From positions 4,320,001 to 4,384,000 of the forward strand of contig OZ223236.1 of the NCBI GenBank assembly GCA_965140445.1: a stretch of DNA of 64,000 bases, given 5' to 3'. Each line of letters begins with the position of its first letter. The stretch's first letter is position 1. Below are positions 57,633-64,000 of this stretch, piece by piece. Below the pieces are notes generated by a model. That model searched no databases, was not told the origin of the DNA, and was given only the letters and a program-made list of their open reading frames with translations. Origin of the DNA: Candidatus Ozemobacteraceae bacterium (lineage in GTDB: Bacteria; Muiribacteriota; Ozemobacteria; Ozemobacterales; Ozemobacteraceae). Both the position numbers and the translations under genes were made by a program.

Positions 57633-59369
57633 TTATACCAATCCAGCTTCTTTCAACTCGTCGCGTAGAACTCCATATTCAACTTTTGAGCGATGACGTA
57701 AATCCATAGGAATATCAGGATGGAAAATAACTTGATCCACAGGAATACCATTCTTATCCATTACTCGTCTGATTTCAGCTTCTCTTTCTGCGCAAAGCTT
57801 CTCATCTTTGATTTCAGCGGTTTCCTTTGGCGCAATTACACAGACGGTCTTCTCGCCAAGTGTTTCGTGAGGCACACCCAAATAGGCAGCCAATCTGGTG
57901 TAAGGTTGGCGCTTAAGCACAACTTCTGCCTGAACAGGGAAAAGATATTCTCCATCACGTTCAATAACGTTGTGAATACGACCAACAATCCAGACATAGC
58001 CCTTTTCATCAAGGCGTGCAAGATCACCTGTTCTATGCCAGACGATGTCATTATGATCACGAATTTTTGATTTTTTGAAAGCTTCAGGATTGTTGTAATA
58101 AACGCGGCAAACATGTTCACCTGCGACTAATAGCTCACCTACATTCCCCTGTGGAACTTCCAGTTCAGCCCACTGCGCATCAGAATCAATTTCAACAGGA
58201 CCACGAACGATTTTGATAAACTTGAACTTCAGACCATCGGCGAAATGTCCAACATTAACACCTGCATCAACAAGCTCTGGATCATCTTCTGTGACGCTGC
58301 GTTGAGCAAGCATTTCCTTGCCAGTTATATGAGTCATTGGCTCGGCTTCAGTGGAACCGTACATTACAACCAACTCTGCATTGGGAGCGATTTTTTTAAA
58401 TTCTTCAACAACGTCTCTGGATACAGCAGCGCCACCAGCAGCAACACGGCGTAATTCCGGAAGGGTTTCACCTTTTTCCAGACAATACTTATTCAACCCA
58501 TTTAGAAGCGATGGATTCAAAGTTAGAGTGGTAATTTTTTCACCCTTAATTTGAGTGTATAGGACATAAGGGTCATTATCAGCTGGTTCTGCAACATTAA
58601 TAGCAGGAAGAATAGTTGGCAAACCTGCTGCAAGGTTATTCAGTGAGAAAATAGGAAAAACTGGCAAGTCCATATCATCTTTTTCATAAGGAAGACAAGC
58701 GTCAATGGCATAATGCTGGGCAGCCAGGAATCTATGTGAGCGGTCAGCGCCTTTTGGGGTTCCCGACGAACCGGTTGTAAAGGTTATAAGAGCTGTGTGC
58801 TCTTGTTCAACCGGGACTGGTTCGGCAACTTCTGGAGTTTCGAGAAGATCTTCAAAGCGAGCAGTCCATTTTTTAGTGCATGGTCCCATGTTTATTTTTA
58901 CAGGAATTGCTTCCAGAGCTGGCTGACCTTCTCCCATAGCAAACCCACGTTCACCAGACAACCATACTTTTGGCTTACATAAATCTGCCACATAACCAAG
59001 CTGATCAGCACGGGCAAAAGAATCCAGAAAAATACATTTTGCTCCCAACATCTGGAAAGCAAACATTCCAGTGTAAAGCCATGGGATCATGGGAACATAA
59101 ACCAGCGCACAATCACCCTTTTCTATGCCAAGTTTCTGGTAACCGGCCGCAACATGAACGACCATATCGTAAATATCTTTATAAGTGAATGGGTCGTGCT
59201 TTAAGGTTCTTGCAAAAGGATTATAATTGAACCATAACTTATTTTTAGTGTTCACCCATTTCATACAAAGTCTGTCTGGATGTTTATCAACGTGATCCTG
59301 TAAAAAAGAAAAACAGTTGTTTCGTAAACTTTCGTTACCGATGTCATAGCCAATTTTTGGAAGCGCCAT
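57633..59369 (-). CDS. AMP-dependent synthetase/ligase, OleC-like
   Basis: FTTGSSGTPKG, YGSTEAEP, WHRTGDL, C-terminal PMDLRHRSK. Likely start ATG 59369 after AAGGAG (ORF track start 59498). Confidence 0.85.
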   Translation of the reverse strand: MALPKIGYDIGNESLRNNCFSFLQDHVDKHPDRLCMKWVNTKNKLWFNYNPFARTLKHDPFTYKDIYDMVVHVAAGYQKLGIEKGDCALVYVPMIPWLYTGMFAFQMLGAKCIFLDSFARADQLGYVADLCKPKVWLSGERGFAMGEGQPALEAIPVKINMGPCTKKWTARFEDLLETPEVAEPVPVEQEHTALITFTTGSSGTPKGADRSHRFLAAQHYAIDACLPYEKDDMDLPVFPIFSLNNLAAGLPTILPAINVAEPADNDPYVLYTQIKGEKITTLTLNPSLLNGLNKYCLEKGETLPELRRVAAGGAAVSRDVVEEFKKIAPNAELVVMYGSTEAEPMTHITGKEMLAQRSVTEDDPELVDAGVNVGHFADGLKFKFIKIVRGPVEIDSDAQWAELEVPQGNVGELLVAGEHVCRVYYNNPEAFKKSKIRDHNDIVWHRTGDLARLDEKGYVWIVGRIHNVIERDGEYLFPVQAEVVLKRQPYTRLAAYLGVPHETLGEKTVCVIAPKETAEIKDEKLCAEREAEIRRVMDKNGIPVDQVIFHPDIPMDLRHRSKVEYGVLRDELKEAGLV

Positions 59370-59811
59370 TTTCGACTCCTTGCCGGTCGATGAAATCCGA
59401 TCACCCGACCGAGTTCTATGTTGTGGTTCTAAAACAGGATATTCCCCCATCATTGATCCACACGCCAGCGTTAGGTTCGAGCCATGATTAATTATCAATA
59501 TTCACTTACGAACCAGCGCGGATTGAAATTTATTTATAAAGCCAAGAGTACCATCCTTCTTATTTATGCGCAAGACGAGGCTTGAGCAATTTTCATGTCG
59601 AATTTCGCTAAATCATTTAGAATTATACTCATTTCAGACTATTTTGCGGACTATCTTTGTAACTAAATTTCCGCTTTAGCTTAAAAAAATCTGATAATAA
59701 AGCCAGCAGAACACCCAAACCAACAAACGAATACCCCACCCCTAAGATACATATTCAAATTGTAATCTCCGATAAATCCTTACTTTAAATCTGCATTACA
59801 AAATACATTTG

Positions 59812-62800
59812 TCAGAAGCGACCTTTCCAACTAATAACTTCGTACATCTCAACAGCCTGGGTTTTACCTTTAACAGCAGTTTCGCTAAGCTGCTCAAATT
59901 CAATGTTTTCCCGAACCAGCTCAAGGGTATATCTGCTAATTATCACATGGGTATATTTGCCATGCTTGCTCATTCCTTCCAACCTGGAAGCAACATTAAC
60001 CGTATCTCCTATAACCGTAAAATCCATGCGCCCTGGCGATCCAATGTTACCGGAGATTAGCTCACCAGAGTTAATACCCACACCAATATAAATCGGAAAT
60101 TTTCCAATCTTTGCTCTTTCTGAGTTAAAAACTTCCAGGGCCTCCATCATTTTGAGTCCGCAATACACGGCTTTGCACGCCAGCTGTTTTTCATCTGAAA
60201 CTTCAACATCGTCGCTGGGAAGGAATTGAGCCATGATTGCATCACCAATAAACTTATCAATGTCCCCGCCCAGATCCTCAATAACCTGGTTCATGCATGC
60301 AAAATATTCGTTTAACAGCCCGACAACATCTTCTGCGCTATTGCTTTCAGAAATAGTTGTAAAGCTTCTGATGTCAGAAAAAAGGATCGATCCTTTAACT
60401 CTCTTCCCGCCAAGCTTTGCAGACTCATCACTCTTTACGGCTTCAACAGCAGACCTGGAAAGATACCGAGACATTCTTTCACGTTCAAGCAACCCCTGAC
60501 TCATGTTGTTAAAGGCACGAGACAGGTCAACCAGTTCATCCTGGCCCGGCAGTGAAAGTTTGGTTTCGAAATTTCCGGACTGGATACTCTCAACCCCTTG
60601 TTTAAGGACGTTTACCGGCAAAATAAGTGCCCGCGCCATAAGGCGGGCAAGAATTATGGCGATAATCAACGAAACACCAAAAATGATAAAAATCAGATTT
60701 CGTAATCGTGCCAGATGCTCTTCTATTTCTTGATAACCATAAAGAGCTACCAACGAACATTCTTTTATTCTAATCGGCTTAAAACTATAGAACAGGCATT
60801 TTCTATTGTTCTGCTCAAGAGTCACAGTTGTTTTTACAGGGATTCCCGCAAATCGGGTAGAATCAGAAAGCTTTCCAACATTTACCGAATCAGTGGAGAC
60901 AGCATTATATAAAAACCAGGGATCAGGCTGATAAGAATCAAGAAAATATCTATTTCCTCCTATTCTGGTTCGGCCATAATAAACCTGAATGTTGTCGCTC
61001 CAAATCTTCTCTTTTGTCATTTTTTCGATCATAAAGCGGATATACATTTTTTCAAAATGATAATCGCGTGACACCATTAACAGAACAAAAGGCCGGTCTG
61101 GCTGGCTTTCCAGATAAAATTCTCCAGCGTAAGTGTACAAAGCTCTATTGGCAAATTTCAGCTCAAAAGCTCGATTTTCACGATTTTTTAGAATAACCTC
61201 GAAGTCCGAGACCTCCATTCCACCGCTCTCTTCGATCATAACGTCCATTAAGCTGGCAGCGCCAAGTTTTCCCTTGCCCCTTAACTTTCCTGAAAATTTT
61301 AATTTCAGCTTTGCCAGGGTAACCATTAAAGGCAATATTCCATCAGCACTTTTCTTTTGAACAGAATCAACAACTATCGGTTCAGCTTCATCATTAAAAA
61401 TGAAAAGGTAGGTTAAATTTGCATCCTCATAACACTTTTCAATAAGCTCTGCTAATTCTTTTGATTTAAGGGCTTTTTTATCAAAAAAATCAATTCCACT
61501 TTTGGCAATATCTTTTCCAAGGTTGTTCCCGATATTTTCCAGTTGCTCAAAACCAAAATCAAAATTTCTCTCGAAATGAACCTTAACTTCCTCAAGCTTT
61601 CTGTAGGCTTCAGCCTCAATTGATTCCTTTCTTTCTCTTAACAATTCAGAGCCAAACTGAAAAATAGCACCAATTGGTATTCCAATTGTCAAAAGAAACA
61701 ATCCAATCATCTGCCATCTTAAACTTAGAGCTATTCCTCCATTTTTTCTGAAAAAGGAAATTATCCAGATTGGCAAACAAATCAACAGGAATAGGAAAAT
61801 TCTCAAAAAGAAAACCTTCCGGTCAAAACTTCTATTTATTTTATCTACGCTTTTATAAGCTACCAGCAGAAGGTTTGAACCAGCCCTCTCAACAGCTATT
61901 GCCAGACTGTCCTTTTCGTAAGTACCAGTAGGCCTTTTAACAAGCCATTTTTTCCATTTCATAACCTCAAGACTTGAAACTGGATAAGGGAGATTTCCCT
62001 CATCGAAGTTTTGCGGATTAACCCATCCAAGGCCGACTCCATCTTTTAACCATTCAAAAGACTTTCTGGCAACAAATATTGAAGGTCCAAAATCATCGGG
62101 AAGCAAGTCCTCATAAATAACAAAAAGATAGCCCCCAATCATTTTGTAAATGTCATCTGCCACACTCATATCAAGATGATCCCACATCATAAAGAGTTTT
62201 CTACTGGTAGAATCCTTAAATTCAAAAAGATCCCTGCCATCTTTAACAAATTCTCTTAGGGGTGTATTTTCACCAAAGAAAAGCCTTAATCTGGGTAAGT
62301 TATCAAGATAACTTTTAACTTTTCTATCAGGAAATTCGTTTGAAATTACTCTGAGAGCAATTGATTCACAGAGGCTTTTAAATGGCCATAAAGGCTTTAT
62401 AGAATCACTTTCTCTTGAATATTTAAAATTGTGGTCCCATTTCAAAATCTTGATCCCCGGGATCAATTTTCTTAATTTTGAAAACCGCTTTTTCAGCTTT
62501 TGACGATAGTGATCAGCAACTGCAATTCCTATGCTATTACCAATTCCAGGAAGGCAAAAAGCATAAGTGCCTGAAACATATTCTTCCAACTTCTGGCTTT
62601 TTTTAATTTTCTCATTTTCAACTAAAAAAGGCTTTAGAAGCTCTTCAATCTGAGTTGCTTTACCCGACTCAATTTTCGCTTTAGCAACCAGAGCTTCAAC
62701 ATGCCTCTTTACATCCGCTTTTTCATTATTTGCAACGGTTTTAAAGGCTGAAACAGCCTGATCGTAGAGAATAATCATTGGCAAAAGCATCAAAATCATG

Positions 62801-62889
62801 AAATATATCATCCAGCTGCTAACTGGAGCAGGCTTTAGTCCAATTTTTGAGTTCTGGCTATCGCAAAAAATATCCTCATAGCGATTCAT
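59812..62889 (-). CDS. Membrane class III adenylate cyclase with HAMP domain
   Basis: FSDIRSFT, DKFIGDAIM, DFTVIGDTVNVASRLE (Lys/Asp ATP-specificity pair); HAMP DELVDL..AFN.M; several TM segments. Confidence 0.93.
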   Translation of the reverse strand: MNRYEDIFCDSQNSKIGLKPAPVSSWMIYFMILMLLPMIILYDQAVSAFKTVANNEKADVKRHVEALVAKAKIESGKATQIEELLKPFLVENEKIKKSQKLEEYVSGTYAFCLPGIGNSIGIAVADHYRQKLKKRFSKLRKLIPGIKILKWDHNFKYSRESDSIKPLWPFKSLCESIALRVISNEFPDRKVKSYLDNLPRLRLFFGENTPLREFVKDGRDLFEFKDSTSRKLFMMWDHLDMSVADDIYKMIGGYLFVIYEDLLPDDFGPSIFVARKSFEWLKDGVGLGWVNPQNFDEGNLPYPVSSLEVMKWKKWLVKRPTGTYEKDSLAIAVERAGSNLLLVAYKSVDKINRSFDRKVFFLRIFLFLLICLPIWIISFFRKNGGIALSLRWQMIGLFLLTIGIPIGAIFQFGSELLRERKESIEAEAYRKLEEVKVHFERNFDFGFEQLENIGNNLGKDIAKSGIDFFDKKALKSKELAELIEKCYEDANLTYLFIFNDEAEPIVVDSVQKKSADGILPLMVTLAKLKLKFSGKLRGKGKLGAASLMDVMIEESGGMEVSDFEVILKNRENRAFELKFANRALYTYAGEFYLESQPDRPFVLLMVSRDYHFEKMYIRFMIEKMTKEKIWSDNIQVYYGRTRIGGNRYFLDSYQPDPWFLYNAVSTDSVNVGKLSDSTRFAGIPVKTTVTLEQNNRKCLFYSFKPIRIKECSLVALYGYQEIEEHLARLRNLIFIIFGVSLIIAIILARLMARALILPVNVLKQGVESIQSGNFETKLSLPGQDELVDLSRAFNNMSQGLLERERMSRYLSRSAVEAVKSDESAKLGGKRVKGSILFSDIRSFTTISESNSAEDVVGLLNEYFACMNQVIEDLGGDIDKFIGDAIMAQFLPSDDVEVSDEKQLACKAVYCGLKMMEALEVFNSERAKIGKFPIYIGVGINSGELISGNIGSPGRMDFTVIGDTVNVASRLEGMSKHGKYTHVIISRYTLELVRENIEFEQLSETAVKGKTQAVEMYEVISWKGRF

Positions 62890-62907
62890 ATTATAGTCCT
62901 GAAATTT

Positions 62908-63999
62908 CTACTTTTTCGCTGGCTTAACAAAGTCTTTAATTCTCGCTTTTACAATCGATCCGTTTCCAAACTTTTCTTTTATTTGATCTAAAGTTAAGTC
63001 CAGTTTCTTGTCACAGCCAGTTTTATCCTCAAATAATCCTGGCTGTGCGGGAACGTCGGTCAAATTTGATCCACTCACCCCAATTAATCTCACTTTTTTT
63101 TCCAGTTTTATGGATCGAAAAAGTTCAATGGCAGTTTCAAAAATTATTTTACCACTGCAGGTCGCGTCTTTTAATGATTTATTTCTTTGAATTGTGAAAA
63201 AATCCGAATATTTAAGCTTCAATGATATTGTTTTACAGTAGAGTTTATGCTTTCTCAACTCGCTTGCAACTCTTTCTGATTGGTGGAGTAGCCAGGTTTC
63301 AAGGACTTCAATATCTCCTGTATCATCAGGAAGAGTATTCTCTGCGCCAAACGAATGGGCATCCCGCGAAGGATTTACGCATCCTGTAGCATTGCCCTGG
63401 GCTTTTTTGTATAAGGCAACTCCAGGCTGGCCCAAGTGCTTAAACCAAAATTCTTCACTCTGTTTTAACAAATCTGTTGCAAAAATAATTCCAAAGCGAT
63501 CTAGCTTTTCCTTTGTTTTAGGACCTACACCCGGGATTTTTTTTACAGGAAGCTGACTCAAAAAAGATGAAACGTCCTCATTTTTTATTATGCAAAAACC
63601 ATTTGGCTTATTTTGGTCTGATGCTATTTTGGCGAGAAACTTCAGAGGAGCAATGCCAATCGAACAGGTTAAGCCTGAAACCTCATGAACCCGTCGTTTT
63701 ATCTCATTTATCAAATTTATATCTTCAGGCCATAAACGCTCAGTGCCTGTCATGTCTAAATAGGCCTCGTCAACACTAACCTGCTCAATGATTGGAGAAA
63801 AGCTTTCCAAACATGCCATGATCTTTTTTGAAATTTCTTTATAGAGCCCCATTCGAACTGGCAGAAGAATAAGTTCAGGGCAGAGCCTTTTCGCCTGGCT
63901 AACAGGCATTGCGGAATGAATTCCAAAAACTCTTGCCTCATAAGACGCAGCAGAAACCACACCCCGCATGCTTCCACCAATAGCTACAGGCTTTCCCTT
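62908..63999 (-). CDS. dinB: DNA polymerase IV (5' end outside window)
   Basis: GKPVAIGG..RGVVSAASYEAR.FGIHSAMP, SVDEAYLD, LAKIASD..KPNG. Confidence 0.96.
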   Translation of the reverse strand, partial: KGKPVAIGGSMRGVVSAASYEARVFGIHSAMPVSQAKRLCPELILLPVRMGLYKEISKKIMACLESFSPIIEQVSVDEAYLDMTGTERLWPEDINLINEIKRRVHEVSGLTCSIGIAPLKFLAKIASDQNKPNGFCIIKNEDVSSFLSQLPVKKIPGVGPKTKEKLDRFGIIFATDLLKQSEEFWFKHLGQPGVALYKKAQGNATGCVNPSRDAHSFGAENTLPDDTGDIEVLETWLLHQSERVASELRKHKLYCKTISLKLKYSDFFTIQRNKSLKDATCSGKIIFETAIELFRSIKLEKKVRLIGVSGSNLTDVPAQPGLFEDKTGCDKKLDLTLDQIKEKFGNGSIVKARIKDFVKPAKK

Positions 64000-64000
64000 A

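Overview
AT-rich bacterial chromosomal window. The organism is probably a diderm, since it carries a TonB-dependent receptor and lipoproteins. The gene mix is reminiscent of Candidatus Riflebacteria, but that is inference only. Contents in order: a 3'-truncated GNAT gene; a xerC-hslV-hslU-flgBC-fliEFG-(FliG-C-only gene)-fliHIJ-(degenerate lytic transglycosylase)-motE/ylxF-like operon, with hslU split by one extra A in a homopolymer; a Ser/Thr kinase-TPR gene; tfoX-like, cupin, nadE and an MBL hydrolase; a 14-bp VNTR; three tandem paralogous beta-helix/FN3 lipoproteins; aminotransferase-dut-dapB; a papain-like secreted protein; yehS-Smr-HNH; a sigma54-preceded minor-pilin cluster; a sigma28-preceded orphan small gene; a Ca2+ P-type ATPase; a TonB receptor; a B12 radical SAM; a CheB/CheR-PAS hybrid kinase; a UbiB kinase; TetR plus a GH13 with a shared operator; an OleC-like ligase; a class III adenylate cyclase; and partial dinB. 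The most unusual stretch is 44668-45771. It holds a non-coding array of GC-rich hairpins sharing an (A/T)ATG loop, then an orphan membrane-protein ORF and a canonical integron attC site. No integron integrase is in the window, and the unit is bracketed by a degenerate direct repeat starting at GTTAGAG. No rRNA, tRNA or CRISPR array was seen.
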